Of a DNA stretch of 64,000 nucleotides, positions 13,984-29,252 are shown in pieces. The notes beneath the pieces were generated by a model. The model was not told the DNA's origin. It saw nothing but the letters and a program-made list of their open reading frames with translations, and made no database searches. Source of the stretch: Polymyxa betae A26-41 (Eukaryota > Protista > Endomyxa: Phytomyxea). A program made the translations under genes and the position numbers. The DNA lies in NCBI GenBank assembly GCA_003693705.1, contig RBZT01000753.1:10336-74335 (forward strand). The letters run 5' to 3'. Position 1 is the first letter of the stretch, and each line of letters opens with the position of its first letter.

Positions 13984-15558
13984 TTATTGTTGATTACCAA
14001 CTTGGATTTCAACTTGGATTCTTCTTGTTCTTGCCAAACTTAATTGAATATTACGTAAAGTTCAGGATAATGGAGTCCAATTTATCCACGCTGATAAACA
14101 AGCGCTTAAGAAGCTTGCAGGGAAGCGGGACTACAGCAATTTCACAGTGCCTTTGACTCTGAAGAATTGAAAACCAGCTCTAAGCCAATGGTTTCAATAT
14201 GGTAGCTCTCCACGGTTAATTCCATCTTCTTTGAGCTCTAAATACAGATTACCAAAGCAGGTTACGTACAATTGAATCGGCTTGCCGCTGCTGTCAATTC
14301 GGGCATAAACAACTGCGACGTCCATGGTGCTGGGACAACATTCTGCAAATTCATTTAGTGGTATTTTCAACAAAGAAACAGTTACGCTCTGACATGGCAT
14401 TCAGCTTCAGCAATACTCTTCAGACTTTCTCGACCTAGATTGAGACGGTCAGAATGCGCTGGCACATGGTGAGAAATCATACGGTTCTTAATCCTTTCAT
14501 ATGGTTTCAGCTGAATTTCTGAGGAGTCGATCTTTAACGTTATTGTATGACGAGACTGATTCTCGAAAGACACCGTGGTTCCATTTAAAGATATCTTTGG
14601 GATTAACGACCTAAAAAAATATCGCTCATGAGCGCGCTATTAGGAACTTCAAATCACAGTAATACGATGCCAATGCATTTTTGTCAAACGACGAACTGAG
14701 TAGAGCGCTGCTTGGCTGATGAAAACCGTAAGCAGAACAACATTCAGGATATACAGCGAGTACCTTGATCAGAAATCGTCCGCAAACAGAACAACGAGCT
14801 GAGGTCCGAGGCATTAAGCACTGTCGGTTTGGAATCATTTCACTAAATAAAAAATTAAACCAGAAAAATTCTTATGAATGCATTGTACTGAATCGCTTGG
14901 TATGGATCGAATGGAGTCATCCATCGGCCTAATGTCCCCAACTGCAAAATCGCAGGCGTTTCCCAACGTTCCGCAACCAATTCTCTGTTTTACCGTTATA
15001 ACGAAGTTTAACCACAGAACCCTAATACCTGTCGTTGGAGACTTGATCTGAGCGGATGTTCTCTTCGCCTTCCTCAGACTGAAATTTTGAAACCAGGTTG
15101 TCCAGGTGGAGGCGCTGGTTTTCCAAAGCGGTTTCTATTGCGTTATGACAAGACCCTGAAATTCTTCCATTAGTCATTCACTCATAGAGTGCATCCCTGT
15201 ACTTTGAAGCTCCTCTTCGGACGAGCACCGCTGCGCCCATGTCCAATAGCAGAACACACAGCGAAAAGTGTACAGACCAGAATCGCAATAAACCTTCAAT
15301 TGACATTTACACAGCGGACACGCCAGACACTGTGAAGACTTGAATTTACGATGAGCAGAAATCATTAATGGATACTCTCAGGCAAGAATAACGTTGTTTA
15401 TGGGCTATAGCTGGAGATATTGAATCTGAGCACGTATAGCATAGATAGGCATCGACTCTGTGGGTTGAAAATCAAAAAGCCGACTTTAACTGGAGTAAGC
15501 AAGAATAAGTTTGCTCATGAATTGCGTCTGATGATTTAAAAATCGAAAAAATATCCAT
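13984..15558 (-). CDS. Divergent dynactin p62 (DCTN4)-like protein; exon boundaries uncertain
   Basis: CLACPLCKCQL...YTFRCVFCYWT and LMPRTSARCSVCGRFLIK match the Cys-motif order of dynactin p62. Confidence 0.45.
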
Positions 15559-16259
15559 ACTGGGTGCAGGCACAATTTTGACATTGCAGACGGCAATGTG
15601 ACTCGCCCTGGGCAGTGCAGAGCAATAACTGCTCAAGGCTGTTCGCCTTGTGGCACCTTTGGCAGACAATGGAAACCTTCGCCATCGCTGATAGACGGGA
15701 ATGCCAAACCTACAATGAGCTACGGCCTAAACCTGGATTTGCCCTCCTTTATTGGAGGCAACAACAGCAATTGAAGCAATTCGACAACTCCAGGCGCATT
15801 TTATTTCAGTTTATTCCAAGCTGGGATGACATTGAAAGTGGCTATGTTAATCAAGGGCCATACTTGTAAACCTGAGAACTACAAAACAGATGCCATTTTA
15901 ATTAGAAAACACAGAGTATATCCGCTATTTCGATTTTTCAAATGGAACGCGACGATCTGCGCTTTAATCAGCATTCATTCTTGCCAAAAATCAAGGGCGA
16001 AATTTCATTGTTCGAGTTTTCAGGCCTTTTGTAATCTGAAGCAAGATGATACATAACCATACCTGTTCAAGGTCTGTCACAAGTAATCAACCAAAGCAAA
16101 GCTAAAAATCGCTTTCAAATTGAAAAATGCAGTCAGCGCGCCAAAAAAAAGCAGAAATATCTGAAACGGCTCTGTGACGAAACTGCGTCAAGAAACAATT
16201 TGGGCCGCCGAATCTGCCCTGGCTCTGGTTTAAATTGGCCAGGCGCCGTCGGCTTGGCG

Positions 16260-18175
16260 ATGTTCTTCTCATCGGTCTTGTTCACCAAGCGAGGAAATCT
16301 GGCTAAAGTTTGGCTCGCTGCCCACCATCAGGATAAACGTCTAACGAAGGCAATTGTTGTCTCCACCAACATTGAAGGTTGACACACTCCCATCAATGAC
16401 AGTTACGAGAGTTGAATGAGACTTGTAGAATGCTCTCATGAATTAGCAGAACCGACAGTTCCATTATCGCTTCGAATATCCGGCCAACTATTACTTGGCG
16501 TCGTTCGGATCTATCAACGGAAAGTTAAATACCTTCAAGAAGACACTCAGGTGAATTTTTTGCAATTTGCCAATCGAACTTTGAGTTTTTTGGAGATAAT
16601 TGTTAGTACGATTTACTCATGTTCTTTAGGAAGCTTTAACTAAGGTCAGGATGACTTCTCGACCAGGATTAGGAGCCCTTGAATTACATCCTTCAAATGC
16701 TACTGCTGCATCTGCACAAATTACTTTTATAGATGGAGCTGATCACGACTTCTTCGATTTCGCTATCCCCGATATTCCGTTGAATCGTCTGGATGAGATG
16801 TGCGAGAATGATTTCGCACAGCAAGAGCTGGCTCGAGATGCTGATATCACTCTCGAAGAGGATGATCGGTTTTCCTACAACCTCAGCGTAAATCATGGAG
16901 CTAAACAATTTGAAGACGTGGATGATGTGTTAGGAGTTGGCGAAGAAGAAGATATCATCCAGATTGAACCTTTTGAGGATGCTGGCGATAAAATCGACCA
17001 ATCTATCGAAATCGCGCGTGACGCTCAAGACTTTGGAATCGAAGATACGCTACCTCTCATTGATGTATGTTAAGCTCGTGTTTCATTTTTCTGGCAGTTT
17101 TTAATGTTCTCTGACTTTAAGCGCTTTCATTGACTCTCGTTCTCAGATTGATATCATTGAAGACGCTGTCAAGAATGGCGAAATGGACTCTGTTGCTCCT
17201 GTAGAGGATGTTGATATGCTTGAAGAACCAATTCCTTTACTTGATCATCATGATACTATCAGCAACGTCGAAAACGACCGATCAATAATGGGATCTGTGG
17301 ACGTTGCACCTGAGCTCGATTGCGAGATTAATATTGCTGTGAAAAAGTCGCGAAAGCGCAAACGCGCGAAACACGACCGGTCTACCCAGATGACATCTGC
17401 CGAAGTAATGGATCAGGATACCAGCAAACTGGTGATGGAAAAGGCAGAATTATTAACTGAGCCCGAGCCGGAGCTTCTGGCATCCACTTTTGGAGATATT
17501 CCTGATTTCCTTATCACGCCATCCGTTACGATTGGGCCTCTTGCCGAAGAGCTCACCGCATTTCTCGCGGACAGCTTCCGAAAAGGAACGTCGGAAGCCG
17601 TCATTGAGATTGCCGATCATCCTGTTGTCCAAGAGGACGAAACTGTGCCTCATTCGACTGAGGCGCATGCTGATGGACAGGAACATGTAATGGAAGCTGA
17701 TTTCAACTGCGACCCTGATGATCCAGCCCCTTTCTTTGACGACGAAATTCCAGTTGTCCAGCACGATGAACAGCCCGCAGTGGACGACGACGTTCAGCGC
17801 CAGTTCGAAGAAGGTTTCATCAGCGCTGATCGTTTGGACGAGCCTCTTCCTGATATTGTCGACCAAGAGGAGCAGAAGGAAGGCGACGCTCCACAATCAA
17901 GCGCGTTCTCTACATGGAGCGACCGCACCAAAAAGATGTGTGTGCTTCTCTCAGAAAGGCTTGACAAATCCGAGTCCGAAATTAGGCTTCAATCTCTAAT
18001 TGAAGGCAAACCGCGATCAACGGCTGCTGTCATCTTTCTCGAAGCTCTGATCCTGAAAACGTACGATTTCATCGACCTGGATCAGCCGCAACCCTATGGC
18101 GAGATTGAAATTAAGCGAGCATCACGATTCCGCAGTGGTGCTGCCATGGCCGACATGATTGCTATAACAGGCTGA
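16260..18175 (+). CDS. RAD21: Cohesin kleisin subunit Rad21/Rec8 family
   Basis: MFFS..L.KRGNLAKVWLAAH, LSLRISGQLLLGVVRIYQRKVKYL; acidic middle; C-terminal winged helix RSTAAVIFLEALILK..IDLDQPQPYGEIEI. Confidence 0.92.
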
Positions 18176-18508
18176 GATTATTCTTATCTGAGCCACTTAG
18201 TAGGCCGACGTCCGTTTTTAGAGACGTCGACTGTGCTTCACTCTGTTTAATAAACAATAAACCTTTTTATGTAGAGTTTTTATTTTCCATTCACCATGCA
18301 AGCTAGGACTATCGTAAATGGATATCTTTCATTGCGAATATGATGCTGGTCGATGCGACATCTGATCATTCGTTTACCGAAGCCCAATAGGCTGTGTGAA
18401 CTCTTCGACGGTAACATTACAGCCTCGCAAGGTGACCGTAGTTGGGCCTGGTCTGGGGTCTTAGTCACCCTATCAGACTGGGCTCTTGGGGTCTGTCTAG
18501 AACCTATC

Positions 18509-20143
18509 ATGGGGTTTTACGTCACCGACGAGACTCGTGATTCATTGCTTAATTATCGATACCATGGCGAGGTTCGAACCTGGCGTCTTGGCCACGCTGC
18601 TTGTTTCATGATTCTCGCTAGGATCGCTCGCTGCTGTATAAGTATGTGCTCAGTCCGATGGCGGTACGCCTAGTAGAGTTTATTCCATTATGGGTTGCTC
18701 CCAATGTCATTGTAAGCACATCCAGTTCTTCATAATCGTGCATAATCATTAACACTGATCTTCAGAGCGTTTTCGGTCTAAGCTTGTTAGTTATTGCTTC
18801 TGCCGTGACGTATCTGCACAGTCCTGGTCTAAATTGCGCTTTGCCTGACTCTGTTTATAAGCTTTGTGCATTGTCTATATTCCTTTACCAGACCTTGTAT
18901 GAAATGATGTGGTTTCATTTCCCAAACTGACAAGTTTCTAGAGATAATCTTGATGGCAAACAGGCGAGGAGGATTGGGAATTCGACGCCTTTTGGGTTAT
19001 TAATCGACCATGGTGTCGATGCTCTAGCAGTCACCATAACGACTCTGATTGTAATTTGTTCAACCTTCTCTTTTAGTATGATCGATTGACAAGGAAAAGA
19101 TGGGTGCTGTTTTTCAAACTGGACCTGGTATCCCCCTATTGACGTTATGGCTAATGGGCATGATCCCTTTTACGTTTGCAACTTGGGAGGAGTCAGTAGC
19201 ATTCTTGTACCATCTTTCGTAGGGCTTATAATCTTATCCCTAGGTATCACACCGGCAGTCTCGTTCTGGGGATTCTAAATGGTGCAAGGTATTCCGCAGG
19301 CAATCTCTTTTTTACAATATTCTGAATGATCCAAAGTGATGGGTTAGCACTCGCGGTGCTTTGCTGTCTCCTGCCTGTATTCTTTGGTGACAAAGTCGTT
19401 ATTTTACAGAGATCTGTCCTGACGTCGTTTTAGGAGCTGAGTTTTGGATAACTCCAATACTCAGTCCAGAAGCACTCTCGTCCGATTGGGCTTGGATTGG
19501 TGCGCTTCATCGCAACAAGATTGTGATTCTGCTGTTAATTATTGGTCTCATTCCAACCGTGATAATGAATATGAACAACGTAATCCGCTCTCGAAGAGCG
19601 AATTCAAAATCTGTTCTTGGGCCATTCAAAACACTGGGGCCTTTCGTTATTTTGGTCTCGGCGTCATTTGTGTGGTTCTTTTATTCACCCAGCAAAGTTC
19701 AGACGACAAATCCACGATGGTGCCTTTTTACTATCGGATTCGTCTTTGGAAACATTGCTTGTAAGAAGCATTTCTGCTCCCAATACTATTTTATTCGCTT
19801 CGTGCTTACTTCCAAGTGTTCTCATTTTTTTACTATCGTTTGAGTTATGTTTTGAAGAGTGGATCTCGGTCAGATTTTTTGACGACATCGTCTAGGCAAA
19901 TTAATGCTGGCTCATGTGGGAAATCATAATTACCGTGTGAAGCGGTACTCGTTGTTTCCTGTTGTTGTGGCCGCTATCAACTCGCTGCTTGGAGCTCCAA
20001 TCAATGAGGTTGCAATCACGATTGTCACATTGGTCACTGCGGTTGCTTGCTGGCTTCATTTTGTTGTTATCGCTGGATGGGAGATGACTGAAATACTTGG
20101 CATTCGGGTGTTTTTTGTTAAACCACTAGCGAAAGCTTGCTGA
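18509..20143 (+). CDS. Choline/ethanolamine phosphotransferase (CDP-alcohol phosphotransferase, CEPT/EPT/AAPT family), multi-exon
   Basis: LLNYRYHGED.SLLYKYVLSP, WVAPNVI, DNLDGKQARRIGNSTPFGLLIDHGVD signature. Confidence 0.9.
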
Positions 20144-20406
20144 AGATAAATCCTGCAGCATCTCACTTGTAAAAATACACAATTTAGTAAACCCTGCAAA
20201 CATGTAAAAGCCTCCCCAACGAGGAGAATAGGGCCTGCAGCGCTTATTTTGTTCGTTAATGGGGAGCGATGTCTGCAAGCTACTCTCTAGAAAAGATAAT
20301 CTCAGCAACCACTATTCGATTTAACAGGTTATGTTACATCCTGCTCATTGTGTAAATCAAACATGCCAAAGGGATTATCATGATAGCTGCAATGTACAAT
20401 AATTTT

Positions 20407-22454
20407 TTATCGGGATTTCCGAGCCTTTTTCGTGGCGCTGGCTAAAACCGAGGCGTTATCGAAACTGGCTTGAAGGCCGGTCATTGATTTTGATTGTGCC
20501 TCAGATCTGGGTGTCCTCAAACGCGATGTTCGTTGTGGCATTGATTGGACGGCATGCTTCGGTGCCGGCGTATCATCGGCTAATGATAGAAACGCCTTAT
20601 TACGCGATCGTGTCGTCGTTTTCGCATTTGAGATTGTCTTAATAGCGCTAGCTGATGATGATGAGGAGGACGACGACGATGACACCGCTTGTGATGCCGC
20701 CGTCTTCGTTGCCGAATGCTTCAGCGCTTGTCGTTGTCGTCCAGTCGCTAACGAGGTCAACAGCTCCGGTTGCCGTTTCGAGGAAACGACCTCGCGAAAT
20801 TTCGTGAATTCAACGGGCGCCGACGCCGCTTCCGAATCTGACGACGACGATACCACACTGGATTCGTCATCGTCATCGCTCGATGATACAACGCTTGACT
20901 CGATATCGTCCGCGACCTTTGACTTTTCCGTTGGAGTTTTGGACTGTTCTTTGGCGACTTCAAATTCATCAGCTGCATTGTTCTCATTGCTCAAAGAAGA
21001 CGCTTTCGTCGTATCAGCTTCAGTTTTTTGATTTGCCTCTTCGACTTCATCCTCATCGCTGGAAAGCACCACGCTCGATATGACGTCATCTTCTTCTTCA
21101 GCTAAGGCGATATTCGGAGGTGTGTCCTTTCCGACTTCACTCTGTTCATCTCCATCATCATTGCTTGACGAGGCGACGCTCGGAACATCATCATCGTCAT
21201 CATCTTTTACTGAGGCTTCTGCAGGAGCTTTCTGAAGTGTGTTTTGGACAACCTCATTCTGTTCGTCACCATCGTCATCATCGTCGCTCGAGGACGATAC
21301 AACACTCGACTCGGCGTCGGATTCAGCAGACTGCTCACAATCTTCAGTTTTGTCAACTTGCTCTTGTTCATCATCAGATGACGACCAATCGCTTGCAGAC
21401 GAAGGAACGCGATCCGGCGCCGGAACGTTATCAATAGCAGCGTCGTTTGCCTTTTCCAAAGCAGCATCGCCTTTCGTAGCTTTGGCATCCTGAACGCTGG
21501 TTGACTCCTCTTCGTTATTATCAGACGAGCTGCTGACCAAGCAGGATTCATCGGAAGAAGAGCTGCCGTCGTTAGATTCTTGATGCGGCGGCGCAGCTTG
21601 AGCTGTAGCAGTTGGCTGAGCAGCATCCATTGGCGCCTGTTCTATCGCCTTAATGGGCGCCGGGTCGGCATCGGGCTCATTTCTGATAGTAGCGCCATCG
21701 GCGGCCCGATTGGAGCCGTTCTCGCCATTGATGCCATCGGAGCTGCGTTCAATGAGTACTGCCGAAGAGATCGCGGCATCAGCACGGTTGGTCTCATCGA
21801 CAGACGGCTCGGCAGTGATTCGAGCGGCGATCGATGACGACAGATCGGTGGTGGGGCGTGTGACAGGATCGAGCGCGCTCTCAACAACTGCAAAACAAAC
21901 GATCAGTTTCGCTCCAAATCCATTGAAAACCCGTTCTAACACAGAAAAGCCAAACGTGAAAAGAAAGAGACAGCGAGAGGTCGGTCGTCCCATCGCCGCC
22001 ATAATATAGAGAGCCTATAATCGCCCTAATCAATGAGACTATGGCTAAAACTGAATCATGTTGAAAAACGCCCGTTTGAGGCGGCCAGAAACAAAACCCT
22101 TTTGTTTACGTTACCATGGCGGCCATTCCCATCGCTGATTGCATGACGAGGTCTCTTCGGTGGTTGCAGCGGTACGAGCGGCGATGGGCGCCCGTTCTGG
22201 ATCGAGCGCGATTGCACGTAGCAGCGGTCGCGATCGTCGAACACCTCGAGGATGAAATCGTCCGGGTCGATATCGTACCCGTACTGGTCGCGCAGGGAGC
22301 GGACGACGGGCGGCCCTTCGTTGTAGAGGACGCTGGCCTTGGTGGCGATAGCCCAGGCGAGATCAGCGACACGGTCGCCATCGCGTGCGATCTGCAGGAA
22401 CTTGCGACCCGAAGGCAGATGGACTTGAATCCGACGCCTGGAACCTTCGGCCAT
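20407..22454 (-). CDS. Net1/Dnt1-like N-terminal domain (Cytokin_check_N-like) plus long acidic/Ser-rich region; probable nucleolar protein
   Basis: KFLQIARDGDRVADLAWAI...LY...VRSLRDQYGYDIDPDDFILEVF resembles the Net1 N-terminus; repeated SSVVSSSDDD blocks; basic C-tail; intron ~21888-22109. Confidence 0.6.
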
Positions 22455-22769
22455 CGCTCTTATTCGTATTTATTAACGGAAATGTCCCGGAAGACAATTC
22501 AAAATGTGTGCAGTATCCGCACTGATCAATCGATGTTTATTGATCAATAGAAACCCTAAACCCTAGATCTTAGATTCTAAGTAACGCTCTTCATTTTTGC
22601 TTCAAAGACGCGGGCTTCATGTGAACTATCTTCTGAATTCGTCGAAAAACAATCAAACGCATTTGTGCTCTGTTTGTATTTATAAACCGGCTTCAGCCTG
22701 ATAACAGGTTGAAAAATTTGAGATTTTGAAACAGGGTTTGGTGGCCATAAGATCTTATCCAATTCGTAT

Positions 22770-23537
22770 TCAGAAGATGACACCAGCACGAACCATTTCG
22801 CAAGCGAACTGCAAAAAAGTTGACGATTTGAGCTCAAGAGCAGACGATTTCGATTACGTACCTTGGTCTCTGGGCAGGTGATGTTCGGCTTGCGTTTGAC
22901 GACCTCATCGGGTCCCGGCTTGTGCCAACCCGTCTGCTGGGACGTCAGAATCGGGGCCCGGAATCTGTGCTGCGGTGCGAATCGTGGCCGACGGTTACGA
23001 TAGCGATCTGCAGCCAGCGCTTTCTGGCTCTGATATTCGACCTGGATAACCATCAAATAATCATCAGATAACAAAAATAACTGTCGCTTTGCGAAACAGA
23101 AAATATGGATGGTGATACGCTTATTAAATTGTACGAGACTAACCAATGAAGACTCGGCTATCTGTCTTGCCTGGCCTTGAACATGCTCGACAGCTGCCTC
23201 CCAATCGTTACTGTCAATATCGGCCTGCAACAGATCGCTCGGTCAGGTTGGAGAACGAACAAAGGAGGTATGAACAGCGTACGCTGCCGTGGAGATGCTG
23301 CAAGAGGAGATCGATCTCAGCTGGAGATGGCTCCAGGCCATAGACAATGCACAACAGACGCCGGATCGCGTCGTAATTGACCGGCAGACGACCATCAACA
23401 GAGAGCCGGTACGATCGGCGCACGGCGTCGAATGCCGGACGGAGACGGTCTGCGGGGACCTGGGCCAGGTTGACGGCCCGCAGGCTCTGCGACTGAAATG
23501 GGTTCTGCGGTCCCAGGCAGGTCAGCCCGAAAAACAT
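22770..23537 (-). CDS. TEX49/SPMIP11-like axonemal microtubule inner protein (multi-exon)
   Basis: N-terminus MFFGLTCLGPQNPFQ and C-terminal PQHRFRAPILTSQQTGW...CPETKFACEMV resemble the TEX49 family. Confidence 0.55.
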
Positions 23538-24449
23538 CGCTGTTCGCTGCAGTACTGGCCCAGCACACCGGGAGCCGCACCTTCGTCGAATGTCGAACAG
23601 CCTGACCGTACCGGCCCGATCTGGTAGCATCCAGGGGCAGAATCTGCCCCGGGCCCAGCTTCATGATTTCCGGAGACCGTTCGAGGTCCCTGGTGGGCGT
23701 ACCGGCCCCCGCCAGCCTTCACGGATATCCACATGATGAGGATCCGCAGCGGTCTGAGACTGTCGAGGAGAGCGGGGTCGACGGCAACGCCGGTCCGATA
23801 TGGAGCCTGCGACCCATTCCAGCAAGGAGGACGGCCGCTGCCTCGGCTTCAGGTCCAGCGTCTGGCCGCGACGTTGCCGTGCTGGACCGTCGCCGCTGAT
23901 GATCGATGTCTCTGGCGCCGGCTTGTGCTATCAACGGCGCCGCAGACGCAGGAGTTCCTTCGTAAAGTTTTCAACATCTGCGAGAATGGTCGTGCTGTGT
24001 TTGTTTTGACTTTTGATATGTTGTCCTCTGATATGTCATTGCATGATTTCGAACTTCGTACGTTACCTTCAGTTTCACCTGCTGATTTCAAGTGTGCTTA
24101 TTGAACGTTGTCGTTGACGCATTCTGTGTCTTCAGATGGGCACCCGGTAGCTTCCATGGAGGTGTTTTCTGCCGATAATGCTGTCGAAATCACGCTGCGA
24201 ACCGAGGCGCTACAAGGGCTTAGCGTTCGTATTTCGATTTGTTCCCTATCTGGATCACTAAGATGGCTTACAGTGGAACGATTTCCAGCTGGGCATGAAG
24301 ATCGATGGCCTGTTGGTGGGCCAGCTCGACAATCGCGGCTGAAGTTTTTTCCCACTTTTCTGTTAAAGTCATCGTTGTTTATCATCACGAAACATTCAGC
24401 ATTACATTTGACAGTAATTTTGATAGATTTTGAGATATTCGAAGTTGGA

Positions 24450-26349
24450 TTAGAATGGATTGATATATCGAGCTAAGGCGATCTGCCATCGGAAACACAT
24501 GGGCCATGATCGCTGCATAACTTCTGGCGGCGACTCGTTCCGAACTATGGCGATAAATTCCTGCAGAAACGGGTCGTATCCAGCCATGGAATCTTCCAGG
24601 ATGAGATCTGTGTGCGTTTTGCCTTTGTAGATCCGCAACCTGACATCGACGACGACTCTTTTTAAGGCACTGCAAAACTCCAAACTGGATGAGACAGGCA
24701 CTGTTCGATCAGCATCTCCTGAAATTAGTGAAGTTAGGAGAATCAGATCTTAAAGTTGTTTGAAATACACACTGCTTCGATGAAACAATCCAGATTAAAC
24801 ACGTCAATTTGTAAACATAAAAAATGTCAATCGAAGTCAGATTGAAAGCAATGAAATAACAAACGTTGACAACCATGAAAGAGGATAACCTCTGGGAATT
24901 CCCCCAGAGGCGTCTTCTGATGATCGTGGTCATTTAAGGCGCAGGTCGGTGACCACATGACCAGATTCCGGCCCATTATTTTTCGCAAGACACGTTTATA
25001 TAGACCTCGTCCATGCAAATGCTGACAGACGGCTTCCAGGTCGTACGGGCCCGCTATCCCTGCACAGCACTCAGTAATGACCCGCTCAACCGAACTATTT
25101 TCCAGAAGAACAGAAGAAGGTACTTGGAGAGGTCGAGATTAAAGTTATAGTGATAATCAGAGCGAACGAAAATGACGACAAATACCAATAAAGCGTCTAA
25201 GCTGGGACGGTCTCCAGGCAACTCTGGGCTCGGCCCTTTCCCATTTACATTGCTGAACGAGAGCGACAGCGGCAATATGTGCTCCGGCCGACTATGTTCT
25301 CATCAGCATTCGAGGCATCGTTCTCGGTACAGACACAACTATACCTGCCCACAAAGCGTGATGTTGGTCGTGTCGCCATCATACGAGGCGATGTTGTCGA
25401 AGACGAAGGAGATGGCATTATCGGCATCGACCAGCATGTCAATGATTCGACCTGGCAGAGGTTAGCACACTTAGGCCAACAACATCGTCGGATGAAGACC
25501 TTGCGGAAAGTTCCTATTCAAGCAAATTTTGAACGCTGCCAGACAGAAAACAGAGATCGGACCTGTAATCAATCGAGACGAACACAATGCCCTTGCGTGC
25601 CATCTCCCAGCCCATAATACTGGCCCACGCTCGATGTCCGATGATCCAGGCACCACCTACAACGAGCTGTTGGGGCGTGCTCGGCCCAGGCAGAGCGAAA
25701 GGATCAGTATACCGGGGAAAAAGACGACGACGGGCCATCCCGCCTCTGGCCTCAGGGTCGTATCGGTCGGCAGGTAGATATCGAGAAAGCTTCGAGCATG
25801 AATTCCATAACGAATCCCGCGCCTGATATTTGGAGCCATGAGATATCTGCCGAACATGATGGTGAAGGCTGGTAATAGGAGGATTACGAAGACCACCAAT
25901 CGGAAGGTGCCCATCATCCCTATAGAAGCGCCATTTAGAAACGAATTCGGAACGCGCACCCTGCGCTAACATTTCCAGCCGAAACCGAATAGTCGCAGAA
26001 GGATCACCGTCAGACGCGTAATCAGGACAGCGTCGTCGGCGAAGATCTCCGTGAATGTCTTGCTTGGACGTACCAGTCCATCGCGTTCCAGGGCCGCCTG
26101 GTCGCTGTAAACGATGTCGTCATCTGGCGACCACGGCGACTCCATTTTTTGGGCGGCCTGCACCCGGACAAACCGAGAAAACTGGCCGAATTGATCACCG
26201 ATGGCCCGCACCCAGCGACTTCGCCTGCTGGGACGGTACGATCGGCCCGCAGCGGCCAGACGCGTCAGCAGTGCATTGGGTGAGGAAGAGGGCATGCCGG
26301 CACAGGAGAAATATTGTATGAATTGCCGCCCCCGATTGGCGAATAGCAT
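24450..26349 (-). CDS. Isoprenylcysteine alpha-carbonyl methylesterase (ICME-like alpha/beta hydrolase), multi-exon
   Basis: LDIYLP, PVVVFF.GGAWIIG, IDYRNFPQG, GQSAGAH, GLSGPYDL, ILFHG, YKGKTHTDL, C-terminal LARYINPF. Confidence 0.85.
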
Positions 26350-27026
26350 GGCGTCGGACGTTCAGGAATGTGATGTATTAGGTAGATGTTGTTCCAGCAG
26401 GAAGGCAATGTTGGTTGAAATAGCGGTGATGTGAGCGAGAATCAAGATGAGAATGATCAGATCGAGATCGGAGCTGAAATTGCTTTATAATATGGCGTTT
26501 GCGAAGTGGCTTATGACGATTTCTATGCGATGAAGATGCTGATTTGATTCTGAAAGAATAAATCGAGGGTTCACGCTCGGCTCCGGTATTCTCTATTAGT
26601 TTAAGGGTGTCGGGCGAAGGAATACCGTAATGAAATCTAGCGAACTTTCTTCGAGAACAAAATGTCAACGATGAAATTATCGTACGATAAGAAAGGAATC
26701 TTATAATATACAAGCGAGGCACAACTGGCGGCGCCTAATGCGACGACATCACTGTTTGTTCTCGACGGAGCAACTGAAAACCATCGTGCAATGAATAGGT
26801 ATGTAGGTGATGCCAAAAAATCGAATTGCGACGATGACGGCATGGGACCATGCTTCATCTTGTAATGACGCCATCATCATGATGCAATCGTTTATGGAGT
26901 AATGTGTTATAATGTAAAATGAAATCAGGTCAATGGTATAATGTTACCAACCCACTTAAAGGAGGGTCGCGCCACACCTTCAAACGAAGATTGAAGATTC
27001 ACGTCTTCTTTCTTGTTATTCCAGCA

Positions 27027-29252
<2,226 letters not shown>

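Noticed and set aside
20757-22009. Multiple overlapping alternative-frame and antisense ORFs
   Set aside because: Shadows of the low-complexity Ser/Asp-rich coding region
23662-24476. Plus-strand ORFs between the TEX49-like gene and ICME
   Set aside because: Could not build a consistent spliced model or recognise a domain
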